Shown here: positions 1 through 9,568 of the stretch, in pieces
How positions within the stretch are numbered: the first letter of the stretch is position 1
How the letters are laid out: every line of letters starts with the position of its first letter
From: Promethearchaeota archaeon
GTDB lineage: Archaea > Asgardarchaeota > Lokiarchaeia > Sigyniarchaeales > SOKP01
Direction: 5' to 3'
DNA length: 64,000 nucleotides
Assembly (NCBI GenBank): GCA_008080765.1
Contig: SHMU01000001.1
Span: forward strand, 1,255 to 65,254
The notes under the pieces: model-generated
Told to the model about the DNA's origin: nothing
The model's input: the letters and a program-made list of their open reading frames with translations, nothing else
Database searches by the model: none
Made by a program: the position numbers and the translations under genes

Positions 1-65
1 ACATATGTGAAATATTGTAAGTATAATCACAAGCCAACAAAATAATAGGGAATGGGAAAAAAAAT

Positions 66-455
66 ATGTCTTTAGGAAAAACCGATGCTGAGAAAAATTT
101 ATATGAACTTACCAAAACCATGCTTCTTAAAAAACAACTAAAATTAATTGAAAAACCAGATGAGCTGATATTACGGGGAAAATCAGGAAAAAAATGGAAA
201 TTTGATCTCATCGTCCAAAATGACAATTCAGAAAAGTTTGGCATCTTTGTAAAAGATTGGAAACGAGAAATCTCAGTCACACAATTAAGACAACTAAATA
301 AAGCTTGTCGTGATATCGATGAAATTGCGGGAGGTATCTTGGTATGCAATCAAATAACTTCTTTCGCCGAGGATTTTAGTGAGCATTTTGGTGTGCAAAT
401 TTTATCCCGAGGTCGGCTTGTATCAAAACTGAGAAACTATAACTATAATTATTAA
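66..455 (+). CDS. small PD-(D/E)XK (Mrr/restriction-endonuclease-like) protein, 129 aa
   Basis: ORF track. The layout GKSGKKWKFDLIV ... GIFVKDWKREISV ... AGGILVCNQITSFA resembles the D...(D/E)xK core and C-terminal part of Mrr_cat-type nucleases. Recognised by eye only. Confidence 0.4.
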   Translation: MSLGKTDAEKNLYELTKTMLLKKQLKLIEKPDELILRGKSGKKWKFDLIVQNDNSEKFGIFVKDWKREISVTQLRQLNKACRDIDEIAGGILVCNQITSFAEDFSEHFGVQILSRGRLVSKLRNYNYNY

Positions 456-494
456 GCAAAAGATAATTATTAAGCAAAAGATAATTATTAAGCA
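447..494. repeat. 18-bp tandem repeat AATTATTAAGCAAAAGAT, two full copies plus a partial third
   Basis: Copies start at 447, 465 and 483. The first copy overlaps the stop codon of ORF 66..455. Confidence 0.9.
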
Positions 495-659
495 GGATAT
501 CTTACTTGATCTGATCATCAAAAAACTATTTTTCCTCATAATTAATTCTTTCTTTTAAGGTAAGCTAAGCCCAAAAATCTTGTGAATATACGGAAAAAAT
601 AGCAAGAAATGAAAAATTAAAAAAAAAAGTTAAAATACTATCAATATTGCAAATAAAAA

Positions 660-2708
660 TTAGGTAAGGATAAAATCTTCTTCGGGAAGTTCTATCGTAA
701 ACCAAATCTGATATTCACATAAATCAGCGTCCCAAGGCCACCAGCCCCAATAGCCGCCGACGTATGCCGACCAGTCGTCGCACCACCAATTAAAGGGGGT
801 ATACTGATCATCACTCGACCAATCGTCGTCTTCCCACGCTTCACATCGAATTTTTAACGGCGCATCTCTCTTGATATAGCCGTCAAACATCTCGGCGTCC
901 CAATAGACGGTTTCACCATCATCTACGCCCGTCACAGTTCCTAAATCGTCTCGGTCGTAATATTTGGGATGATTCCCATCGCCTGCCCAGGTTTTAATGT
1001 ACATTTCGGCACCGCCCGATTCTGCATTATCATTATACTTTATGTGATCTAAGTTGACCACTATATGGGCCACATTGCTTCTGGAAACGTCGCTTGTAAA
1101 GCCGTTCACTTCGAACCAGATTTTATTGCCATCCGCATCTTCTGCAACAAACTCAAAATCTTCTTGATCGATATCGGAAGATAAGGTGATTCCTTTAACC
1201 TCAAAGGTTGCCCATAAATCATCCGAATTTAAATCGTCATCATCCCACACTTCAATCTTGATATTAATGAAGGGAGTTTCATAATCATCCAGAGAAATCA
1301 TGTCACTTTGACATGTATCGCTTGTTTCTCGGTATGCTTCTCCCGCATCAAGATCACCTATACCAGAGTCTATATTGCCACTTACGGAAATATAATCATT
1401 GGTATAAGCATCACCGTCAGGATCAATCCAGATTTTATAATATGGCTCACCGCCATAATCCGGCCAACCGTCTAAATTTTCTGTGGTTGAGAATCCCATG
1501 ATGTTGACAAAAGCATTTCCCACCAAAGGAATGTTTTCTCCTTCAAAAGTATAACCACTTCCTAATATATCCAAGAAGATGTTTAAAGTTGAAGAGCCAA
1601 CCATGGAGGTTCCATGATTATCTGTACAGATATAAGTGTTAGAACCAATTAACCAAGCACCATCTTGGGGTACCAGAGCATCGAAGCCAGTTAAATCCTG
1701 CGTTAATGCGGGACCTGTAGTACCCGTATTTTGGAAATCTTCGGGTTTATTCATGTCATTTCCCGGAAAATTGGAAAAGAATACATCGGGCCATGGATGT
1801 CCTGCGATGGTCGACCAACTGCTTGGTTGAACGGGGACATCAGATACTTCGTGAATGAAATCATATCCACTTAACCATTCCATAAATTGGGAATCGGTTT
1901 GCATGTCCCATGCTGAAGCACCCCAAGGACCGAAGGTATTGATAATACCTAATTCGATATCTTGGATAATTCCGGGCATGCCAGTGCCCCAATCGGCTAT
2001 AGGAACTCCCCAGTGAGGAGCTTGTAGGTTAATGAGATGATCAAATTTATCACCCGAGATTAATCCTCTCTTTAAGAGGGTACGGCTAATTAAACCACCC
2101 ATACTATGGGTAATTAAGTTTATTTTTGGGGTATGCCATGTTCCATCTCCCGTTTGAGATGGTGATAATACATCTGAACCGGGAGCTGTAAAAGTTACCT
2201 TATCCAAAATATAATCCGTAATCTGTTCAGAAATATCCCAGATTCCGTCACCCTTAATAACCAATTCATTATTGTTATTGGTATCCTTATATTTGTCGCC
2301 AGCTATTTGCGTATATCCTGAAGTTTCGGGTATTCCATCACCGTTTCGATCATTAAAGCTCCATCCATTACTGGTGGGACTGTAGGTGATGGCTTTCGTA
2401 TTTACCGTTTTACATGCACTCGGACTATATGCTCCGTTGAAATCCACCATATTAAAGCCTGCCTCATCTAATACATTCCAGATCTTAATCATCCCTGCGC
2501 CAACGCCGAGCCACCCAGGTAATAAAACCACGGGATACTCGGAGTTTGTAGAGGCTTGAATTTCATTACTTTCCGCAGCTAATAACCCTAAATTTGAAGT
2601 CTGGTCATTTGTAGGAGAGATTGAATTTGCTGATACTGCAAATATTGATGGTATTATTAATATTGCTAACACACTAGCCAATACTGCATAATACCTCGTT
2701 TTTTTCAT
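660..2708 (-). CDS. secreted alpha/beta-hydrolase (lipase/esterase-like) with two C-terminal C2-like repeats, 682 aa
   Basis: N-terminal signal-like segment MKKTRYYAVLASVLAILIIPSIFAVSANS. YPVVLLPGWLG oxyanion-type segment. GxSxG nucleophile elbow LITHSMGGL (about 2079..2113). Later FDALVPQDG and TDNHGTS are candidate Asp/His of the triad. Confidence 0.7.
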   Translation of the reverse strand: MKKTRYYAVLASVLAILIIPSIFAVSANSISPTNDQTSNLGLLAAESNEIQASTNSEYPVVLLPGWLGVGAGMIKIWNVLDEAGFNMVDFNGAYSPSACKTVNTKAITYSPTSNGWSFNDRNGDGIPETSGYTQIAGDKYKDTNNNNELVIKGDGIWDISEQITDYILDKVTFTAPGSDVLSPSQTGDGTWHTPKINLITHSMGGLISRTLLKRGLISGDKFDHLINLQAPHWGVPIADWGTGMPGIIQDIELGIINTFGPWGASAWDMQTDSQFMEWLSGYDFIHEVSDVPVQPSSWSTIAGHPWPDVFFSNFPGNDMNKPEDFQNTGTTGPALTQDLTGFDALVPQDGAWLIGSNTYICTDNHGTSMVGSSTLNIFLDILGSGYTFEGENIPLVGNAFVNIMGFSTTENLDGWPDYGGEPYYKIWIDPDGDAYTNDYISVSGNIDSGIGDLDAGEAYRETSDTCQSDMISLDDYETPFINIKIEVWDDDDLNSDDLWATFEVKGITLSSDIDQEDFEFVAEDADGNKIWFEVNGFTSDVSRSNVAHIVVNLDHIKYNDNAESGGAEMYIKTWAGDGNHPKYYDRDDLGTVTGVDDGETVYWDAEMFDGYIKRDAPLKIRCEAWEDDDWSSDDQYTPFNWWCDDWSAYVGGYWGWWPWDADLCEYQIWFTIELPEEDFILT
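780..1470 (-). other. two tandem C2-like (Ca2+/lipid-binding beta-sandwich-like) repeats in the lipase C-terminus
   Basis: Repeat A: DYGGEPYYKIWIDPDG, then about 60 aa later IKIEVWDDDDLNSDDLWATFEV. Repeat B: ESGGAEMYIKTWAGDG ... LKIRCEAWEDDDWSSDDQYTPF. Compare the synaptotagmin C2 motifs D-x-GG-x-SDPYVKV and VYDFDRFSKHDIIG. Confidence 0.4.
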
Positions 2709-2984
2709 AAAATCAGTTTTTGCTGTTTATTAGACAATTAAGTTGACTAATCCATAATTTAAAGAATTAATCAATAGTAACAATATGGATCAAACCTATA
2801 TTTAAATGTTTTTAATTTTTCACATTTTGTTATCAAAATGATACATTTGAATCAAATTCATGTTGATCATTACAAATCATCAGCTAGCAGATAAAAAGAA
2901 TTGTAAGTTAGCGAGGAAAAAAAGAGTTAATAGAAAAAAAGAATCCTATTTTTGTAATTTTATGTTTGTATTAATTTTTCGTGT

Positions 2985-3528
2985 TTATTTCAGAGTTGAG
3001 CGTTTTGAAGACTTTTTTGGTTGACGCAGTTTAAAAATGAAGTAGCTTAAAAGAAAGGTGAAAAGTACACCAATAATAGCAATAACATTTGTTAAAATTT
3101 CATCCAGTTTAATTCCAAAAAGAATTAATGCTTTAGGTACAACCGAGGCAACACTTCCATAGATGGCAATGGAACGGGCAAGGCGTGGATCTTCCACTTG
3201 AGCTTGTATAGGAAGGTTATGAAGTATAATGCTATCTTTATTCAAAAATTCAATATATCGTTAAATGTTTCCTTTAGAAATTGGAGTTATAAAGAATTTT
3301 AATTTGTCTTTATCTTTTAAAAAATCAGAGCTGAGCGACGGCGGTGTCACAATACATCCCGGCAATATTGGTTGGACCTTTATTTCAGGATGAGAAACTT
3401 TCATATCCATGGTATCTTTTAGTTGTGTTTTTCGCTCTCCTGTTAATTAATACTTCTTTATCAGCAAGCGTTTTATATTCAAAATATGATAAAAGAATAT
3501 TCATCGAATAGTTTTTTTCGGGATTCAT
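2985..3528 (-). pseudogene. decayed membrane-protein gene read as three pieces (one frameshift, one in-frame TAA)
   Basis: Piece 1 is 3528..3385 (MNPEKNYS...). Piece 2 is 3410..3261 (MDMKVSHPEIKVQPILPGC...). It shares a frame with the called ORF 2985..3245, separated only by TAA (3261..3263) and 5 sense codons (RYIEF). The last piece carries the TM helix. Confidence 0.35.
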
Positions 3529-3582
3529 GAGATCATAATATTCCACCGAAATTTGTTTTTTAAATCTTAATTCGGGGAGATA

Positions 3583-4050
3583 TTATTTCTCTTTTTCACT
3601 GGGTATATTAGGAGAGCTATTAAGCTCTATAGATATTCCTCCACTGGGGACTTCATTCGGTTTTGGTGGTTTTTCTTCTTTTTTTATTTCGGAAAGATCA
3701 GATATTTGACCCAATGTTTCTTCCTTCTGCTTTTTAAGATCTCTCTCGTCAGCGAACTCTTCTGTAGTTTCTTCTCTATCCATATCTCTTGTTTCTCCTT
3801 CAATTTTACTTCTTTCAGTCTCTTTTGAGGATGGTCTCTCTTTTTGTGGAGCTGCTCTTATTTTTTTATAAGAAACAATGATAAAGATAAAACCAATTAT
3901 ATCCAGGATGATTCCTGCAACAAGCAATACGATTGAAGTGCCCAAACTGAGTAATGAAACTGAGATAGTCACAATTCCTATAATCTTAAGCGAAATTCCA
4001 ACTAATAATTCTAAAAACGAGAATATTAAGAAATGTTTTGTTTTTACCAT
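3583..4050 (-). CDS. hypothetical membrane protein (2 predicted TM helices, charged/disordered tail), 155 aa
   Basis: ORF track. Hydrophobic N-terminal ~60 aa, then a K/E-rich tail. No recognisable family. Confidence 0.5.
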   Translation of the reverse strand: MVKTKHFLIFSFLELLVGISLKIIGIVTISVSLLSLGTSIVLLVAGIILDIIGFIFIIVSYKKIRAAPQKERPSSKETERSKIEGETRDMDREETTEEFADERDLKKQKEETLGQISDLSEIKKEEKPPKPNEVPSGGISIELNSSPNIPSEKEK

Positions 4051-4183
4051 TTTGAAAAGGAGATTTGAAAACTATTAAATATTAGTATTGGAAGGGGTTT
4101 TGATTCCTTGATTTCTTACAGGGCTGCTTTATTTTGATTTAACAAGAAGGAGTTTTTTAAGTTTCTCATAGCAACTTTACCAT

Positions 4184-5251
4184 CTAATAAATAGGGACCC
4201 CTAATAATATAAGGGACATCAGTAAGATACCCCCACAAATAAGTGGATTCAAATAATTGTCTTGCAGCTGGAGGATTGAGGTTGCCAAATCAATTACCAG
4301 AAAAGTTAAAGCCATAATGAACGCTACAATAAGCGTGATAGGGATTGACCACGTGTTCAAGCCAAAAAACCAGCTAAAGAGAGCAGCAAATACAGTACAA
4401 ATAAAGCTAGCAAGCACTCCTCCTATATATCCTTCAATAGTTTTTTTGGAATTTTTTGGAAAATGATGTTTATTTTTTGTCAACAATCCAAACAGCGAGG
4501 CAAACGCATCTGCGACTGCTGTAATGAGTAGCACTACAATAAAGATTTGGAATTTAAAGATAAGGAAAGGACCAAATCCAAAAACCATAACGGAAGTACT
4601 GGTGAAAGTATCTAATTCATCTCTTGTCATAGCTTGTTTAAACCACTTGGCAACTATTGGTGGCATGTAGCTAAAATCCAAAAGTCGTACCAAATCTCCT
4701 ATTATAAATGTAAAAGCAAAAATTACTCCAACAATTGTTATAATAAAACGCGCATAATCTAACCATCTTTCGCCCAATAATACGGGAGAAAGAAAAAAAC
4801 AAATAATTACGATAGACCCTACAACTCCAAAGGGGATTGTATGGATATATTTCCTGCGGATTTTGTTTTTGTTTCCATAATTTTCAATAAAATCCTTACG
4901 AAATAATCTATAATTGTTTTGAGTGGTTAGTAATTCCGGGTTTCTTATGGTTCTTATTTTTGCTGAGAGTGCCCATAATACCATAAACACGGAGAGCCCC
5001 ACGATCAACAGATTCCCAAAAAAAATGAAATCTTGTCTTGCAGTGGGAAAGACCACACCTTCATAACCATTAGAAAACTCTAAAATGTAAAGAGGATAAT
5101 AGAATCCGAGACCCATTGTGAGTAGAGCGTGGATGATCTCATTTATTTTACACCATTTATCTTTATCTTCTTTATTCCAAGATTTAATGATATAATATCC
5201 CATAAAACACACGATTATAAAATCTAATACAACTACAAATAAATAAAACAT
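4184..5251 (-). CDS. polytopic membrane protein, dolichol/polyprenol kinase-like (CTP-transferase-1 superfamily)
   Basis: C-terminal motif VADAFASLFGLL..K......KKTIEGYIGGVLASF matches the D-x-x-A-x-x-x-G ... K-S/T-x-E-G-S signature of dolichol/phytol kinases. Many TM helices. Ends in TAG. Confidence 0.5.
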   Translation of the reverse strand: MFYLFVVVLDFIIVCFMGYYIIKSWNKEDKDKWCKINEIIHALLTMGLGFYYPLYILEFSNGYEGVVFPTARQDFIFFGNLLIVGLSVFMVLWALSAKIRTIRNPELLTTQNNYRLFRKDFIENYGNKNKIRRKYIHTIPFGVVGSIVIICFFLSPVLLGERWLDYARFIITIVGVIFAFTFIIGDLVRLLDFSYMPPIVAKWFKQAMTRDELDTFTSTSVMVFGFGPFLIFKFQIFIVVLLITAVADAFASLFGLLTKNKHHFPKNSKKTIEGYIGGVLASFICTVFAALFSWFFGLNTWSIPITLIVAFIMALTFLVIDLATSILQLQDNYLNPLICGGILLMSLILLGVPIY

Positions 5252-5406
5252 AGCAAAGCACCTTATTTTTGATATATTTATTATAAGATTATATTATTGT
5301 ATTATATACATAATGAATTGCCATTCTATATTATAATTAATTATTAAAATGATCTTAAGACATAGAAATAAAGATGAAAGAAAAAAAAGGAAATGAGAAA
5401 GACTCT

Positions 5407-5589
5407 TTAAATATCACGAACTTTTACCGTTTTTCGCCCATTTGATGTCGCTCTTTCAATAGCACGATCAAGAATTTCAATAATTCTTTCATTTAATAGA
5501 TCTCCTTCTAATATACTTGAACTAGTGTTGCATCCTTTATCTTTTATATACTCACGCACTTTACTTTTGACATACATAGTTTCAGGCAT
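5407..5589 (-). CDS. DUF1931-type histone-fold-like small protein, 60 aa
   Basis: VREYIKDKGCNTSSSILEGDLLNERIIEILDRAIERATSNGRKTVKVRDI resembles the DUF1931 pattern (...A..ngRkTv...D). Confidence 0.45.
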   Translation of the reverse strand: MPETMYVKSKVREYIKDKGCNTSSSILEGDLLNERIIEILDRAIERATSNGRKTVKVRDI

Positions 5590-5999
5590 TTTTTATTCAT
5601 CCCTTTATAATAATATTTTTCAAGCTTTCATTGGAATCAAGATCAAACTAATGACTTAAATTATACTTTGTTTTTCTCACTTTTAAAATTTTATTGCGGG
5701 TTTTTATTCAAATTAAAAAAATTTAAATGTTCCTAACTCATCCTGTTTTGGTAGCATTTAAATTTTTGAGGTATTACAATCCCTTCTTTTAAATATAAGG
5801 AGTCGCTTAAGTAGAAAGCGAACTTAATTTATTGAAATGTATTAAGTATTTTTCTTGGATTACTCTCATTATTCTAAAATGTAAGTAAAAAGGAGCAATG
5901 AGGAGGTAAAAAAAGAAAATTTAAAAGGTGAAGAGATAAATACCTTTTATACCTTAGGATCGATTAATTCTAGTCTAATGTGTAGCCTTTCCCTTTTAT

Positions 6000-6284
6000 T
6001 TAGTCTTCGGGGGGCGCTAACACGATTTCCATGGAAGAAACGTTGTTTGTTTTGCCGTCATCACCAGTAAGCTCTTCTGTACTTAATCTAATATCTTCGT
6101 ATTCTGTACCCTTCAGAAATCTATTGCGTAAAATTTCGCAGACGTCAACGGCATGTGAAATAGCTCTGCCACGTGCCTTAACAGTGCACTTTTCTCCTTT
6201 ATTTAATATCATCATAGTCGCCATAACGTAATTCATTGTAGGGCGTCTACCAATATAAACCGCGTTTTCATCTTTTTTAGCCAT
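6000..6284 (-). CDS. albA: Alba chromatin/RNA-binding protein
   Basis: AVYIGRRPTMNYVMATMMILNKGEKCTVKARGRAISHAVDVCEILRNRF is a canonical Alba fold sequence. Confidence 0.9.
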   Translation of the reverse strand: MAKKDENAVYIGRRPTMNYVMATMMILNKGEKCTVKARGRAISHAVDVCEILRNRFLKGTEYEDIRLSTEELTGDDGKTNNVSSMEIVLAPPED

Positions 6285-6486
6285 TTTTTTGTAAACCTCT
6301 TAGTATTTTTTTTGTTGTTTATTTAGGTTAGAACTTCCAATGTACAATGTATGGAATGTAACAAATCAATTTTAAAATAATATTACAAATAATTTTGGAT
6401 CCTTCTAAAATTTACCTATTTTTACAAAGAAATGGTATTCTATAAGGAAAATCTATGCCCTCGTGAATTTACCACCTTACTACTTA

Positions 6487-7152
6487 TTATGACTCATTCG
6501 TAGGAAAAAAATTCTCTTCAGGATCTTTTCTTTCAGTAATTGTAGCTTCTTCTTCTTTTTTAATATAGTCATATACCAAACTAATAATTAATACACACAA
6601 AATGATAATGAGAAGCGGATAAATAAAATTTTCGGTTAAGAATAGCTTTATCCAGCCTATATATGGTATATGACCAACCACAGTGCCTATGATATTAGTT
6701 TGAGGGAGCCATCGAGGATCTGTTAAAGGTGTCGCATCTGCCGAAGGTTCATATCCCCACTGATCCGGAAAAAGATTGGCATCTCCCTTTGTTTGAAACC
6801 ACCACAGACCTTTATAAAAGGTTTTATTAATTACGCGGTGAACTACGGGTTCTTGTGGAGGATTCAACCATACCCCTCTAGCATCGAATACAATTACATC
6901 CCCTAATCCTATATCATTTGGATTTTCTCCTGATAAGAATAATAAATCTCCGCGGGAGTAGGTAGGTTCCATAGAACCCGAAATAACAACCACCATCGGA
7001 GAGGAAGTATTGAGAGTGAGTTGAAGCAGATAATAGATTAAAAATGGAGCTATAATAGCTGAGGAGATCAATAAAATAGTAATTACAATCTTTTTAATTT
7101 TGTTCTTTCTCTCAGACCTCTCTGCTTGCGAATTCTGAATATTTCCTTCCAT
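6487..7152 (-). CDS. sec11: signal peptidase I, archaeal/eukaryotic Sec11 type
   Basis: N-terminal TM anchor. Conserved boxes VVISGSMEPTYSRGDLLF, PVVHRV and TKGDAN. C-terminal TM. Confidence 0.85.
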   Translation of the reverse strand: MEGNIQNSQAERSERKNKIKKIVITILLISSAIIAPFLIYYLLQLTLNTSSPMVVVISGSMEPTYSRGDLLFLSGENPNDIGLGDVIVFDARGVWLNPPQEPVVHRVINKTFYKGLWWFQTKGDANLFPDQWGYEPSADATPLTDPRWLPQTNIIGTVVGHIPYIGWIKLFLTENFIYPLLIIILCVLIISLVYDYIKKEEEATITERKDPEENFFPTNES

Positions 7153-7285
7153 CGAAACAAGATCTCCTTTAAAGCTTAATTCTTAGTAATTTTTTTTCCG
7201 AATAATACTGCTAAGTAGTTTTAAAGAAACAATTTAAATAATTAGTTAGTAAGATAAATAGGCATAAATCTCTAAAAAAAATTTG

Positions 7286-7370
7286 GAAAATAAGAAATAA
7301 GAAATAAGAAATAAGAAATAAGAAATAAGAAATAAGAAATAAGAAATAAGAAATAAGAAATAAGAAATAA
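7286..7370. repeat. heptanucleotide microsatellite (GAAATAA)n, 11 perfect units plus one imperfect
   Basis: Perfect units start at 7294 and run every 7 nt to 7364. The repeat lies between the DUF35 gene stop (7391) and the sec11 start (7152), inside the sec11 upstream region. Confidence 0.95.
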
Positions 7371-7390
7371 ATAGGAGAAACTTAAATAAT

Positions 7391-7813
7391 TTAGGCTGGT
7401 TTAAAGCCCAAATCTACCCGAGTATCCCCTTTAATTTCGGTTTCTAAAAAGGTAACTTCCAATGGTGTGCCAATTTCGATTTGTTCTGGCTTAGATTCCT
7501 CCACGCCGACAAGCTGGGCTGAAACCATTGGACCTTCATCTAAGTGTATAACGGAAAAACAATAGGGATTATTTCTATCATATCCTTTTGCTACAAAGAA
7601 GGGGGTACCTACAGTGATACTCGTGAAGGCTGCCAGTTTCCCCTTCCCGGACATGGTAACCCATTCCATATTCACACTATTACATTTTGTACAGATTTTT
7701 CTGACCGGAACGTAGATTTCTCCACAATCCTTACATTTTGAACCCATAAATTTCTTTTCTCGTAGATATTGCAAATAATTCTCAATAGTAAAGTCTTTTT
7801 CTTCTGACATTTT
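7391..7813 (-). CDS. DUF35 OB-fold/zinc-ribbon protein (thiolase partner)
   Basis: Zn-ribbon CKDCGEIYVPVRKICTKCNS followed by an OB-fold region. Start chosen at MSEEKDF (7813), 12 nt after the thiolase stop. The upstream part of the track ORF overlaps the thiolase. Confidence 0.8.
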   Translation of the reverse strand, partial: KMSEEKDFTIENYLQYLREKKFMGSKCKDCGEIYVPVRKICTKCNSVNMEWVTMSGKGKLAAFTSITVGTPFFVAKGYDRNNPYCFSVIHLDEGPMVSAQLVGVEESKPEQIEIGTPLEVTFLETEIKGDTRVDLGFKPA

Positions 7814-7824
7814 GTTTTCCTCCT

Positions 7825-9090
7825 TTAGACCTCCTTTTGATAAATTGTAACGACACAAGTACCTCCTGAGCCGCCCAAATTATGGGTCATTGCGGTATTC
7901 ACATTAAATTTCACTTGTCGATTTCGCTCTGCGATGCCCCGCATTTGTTTAAATATTTCTACTGCTTGAGCTGCTCCTGTAGCACCTACTGGATGCCCTT
8001 TACTTTTTAATCCTCCGCTGGTATTAATAGGAAGACTACCATCTAGAGCTGTTTCTCCATTAGCGATTGCCTCTGCAGCTTTACCAGGTTCATAAAATCC
8101 TAAGTCTTCTAAAGCTACCAATTCAGCAATCGTAAAGCAATCATGAATTTCACAGACTTGAATATCTTGCGGTCCAACGCCTGCCATCTCATATGCTTGT
8201 CGTGAAGCTTCTTTCGTAGCGATGAAAGAAGTTAATGTTTCCCGATCGTGAAGAGAGAGAGCAGCGCTCCCTTGTCCTGTACCAGCAATCCAAATAGGTT
8301 CCTCTGTATAATTCTTTGCTACATCTTCAGCAGCCAAAAATAAACATGCTGCTCCGTCGGTAATCAAACTGCAATCGAATAAGCGTAAAGGATATGCAAT
8401 TATCGGATTTGAGGAACTTTTTAAGAAATCAAATTCATCATGCCATTCAGGAACACCTCTTCCTTGTTTCTCGTATTTTGCCATCTTGCTCTCCATCATA
8501 TGTTTTATGGTTTCTTGCATTTGAGCAAAAGGATTTTCTGCTCCATTATTGTGGTTTTTAATCCCTATTCGCATTAGATCCTCTGGAGTTGTACCATATT
8601 TCTTAAAATGAGCTGATGCTAATGTGCCATAAAGTCCTGGAAAGGTTGCTCCAGCAGGATATTCAAAAATATTATCTGAAGCTGTTGCTAACGCATCAGT
8701 AACATTCACAGTAGGTTGTTCTGTCATGCATTCACACCCACAAACTGCGATAACATCATGAATTCCCGATGCTATCGCCAAGATGGCTTGCCTAAGGGCG
8801 ATTCCACTGCTTGCGCAAGCTCCTTCAAATCTAGCTGCTGGCTTAGGGGTCAAGCCCACGAGGTTTGCCATTTGAGGTCCCAAATGTCCTTGATGATTAA
8901 ACAAATCAGAACTGAAATTCCCTACATAGCATGCATCAACATCTTTTGGTTCAATTCCTTTATCGGTCTTTTTAACAGCATCAAGCCATGCATCGATCCA
9001 TAAGTCGGGATTTCTTTTCGCCGGAAAGTGACGCCCGAATGTACTCATTCCAGCCCCTACTAAGGCGACTTTTCTTGCTAATTTACCCAT
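7825..9090 (-). CDS. thiolase (acetyl-CoA acetyltransferase / SCP-x-type)
   Basis: VALVGAGMSTFG, EGACASSG (active-site Cys), HDCFT and NTSGGLKSKGHPVGATG motifs. Start chosen at MGKLARK (9090). The N-terminal 44 codons of the track ORF look non-coding. Confidence 0.85.
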   Translation of the reverse strand: MGKLARKVALVGAGMSTFGRHFPAKRNPDLWIDAWLDAVKKTDKGIEPKDVDACYVGNFSSDLFNHQGHLGPQMANLVGLTPKPAARFEGACASSGIALRQAILAIASGIHDVIAVCGCECMTEQPTVNVTDALATASDNIFEYPAGATFPGLYGTLASAHFKKYGTTPEDLMRIGIKNHNNGAENPFAQMQETIKHMMESKMAKYEKQGRGVPEWHDEFDFLKSSSNPIIAYPLRLFDCSLITDGAACLFLAAEDVAKNYTEEPIWIAGTGQGSAALSLHDRETLTSFIATKEASRQAYEMAGVGPQDIQVCEIHDCFTIAELVALEDLGFYEPGKAAEAIANGETALDGSLPINTSGGLKSKGHPVGATGAAQAVEIFKQMRGIAERNRQVKFNVNTAMTHNLGGSGGTCVVTIYQKEV

Positions 9091-9568
9091 TTCTACTATC
9101 ACAAAATTTTGTTTAATTATAATTATATCTTCAAATTTTAGCTTAAAGTATGAAATATTACTAGATTTATTAGCTTGTTGATTTGAATTGATAATTGGAG
9201 GATTGTTTTTTGAATCGCTCATTAAGCTTACAACTTATAGTTCAAACTAAAAACAGAATGAATCTTTATTCAATTAATTAAGAGGAATTAATGATTGTAT
9301 CTGCCAAATTGAAGCATTCTATTCTCAAGGATTTAATAAATAATGAAAATGGTTACTAAATCCAACTTTAAAAAGTATCACTTAGCGATTTTGCTCTAAA
9401 TAGATGTCTAAGGTGATCCTAATTTTTAGAAATCCTTAAATTTTTTCATTTATTTATGATGAGTGATAAGGGTATTAATACAAATGCATTTTTAGTACAA
9501 TTAAAACGCAATTACATATTTTATTAGTGTCACTTATAATTAAGACTAATTAAATGTGAGGTGATTAG

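Noticed and set aside
5803-5828. Small imperfect hairpin (AGTCGCTT ... AAGCGAACT) in the spacer upstream of the DUF1931-like gene
   Set aside because: It is short and has a bulge. No flanking conserved boxes or oligo-T context assign a function, and structures like this arise readily by chance.
7286-7370. Tandem repeat as a possible CRISPR array
   Set aside because: The unit is 7 nt with no spacers, so this is a simple microsatellite. No cas genes are present in the window.
9091-9222. N-terminal 44-codon extension of the thiolase ORF, plus similar extensions of the DUF35, mcmS, mcmL, etfB and CoA-transferase A ORFs in the track
   Set aside because: The extensions are low-complexity or overlap the upstream gene. 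Internal ATGs coincide with the conserved family N-termini and give tight operon spacing.
9466-9530. ATGATGA (C-box-like) in the spacer upstream of the TauE-like gene as a C/D-box sRNA
   Set aside because: No CTGA D box or D'/C' pair at the expected distance, and no terminal stem.
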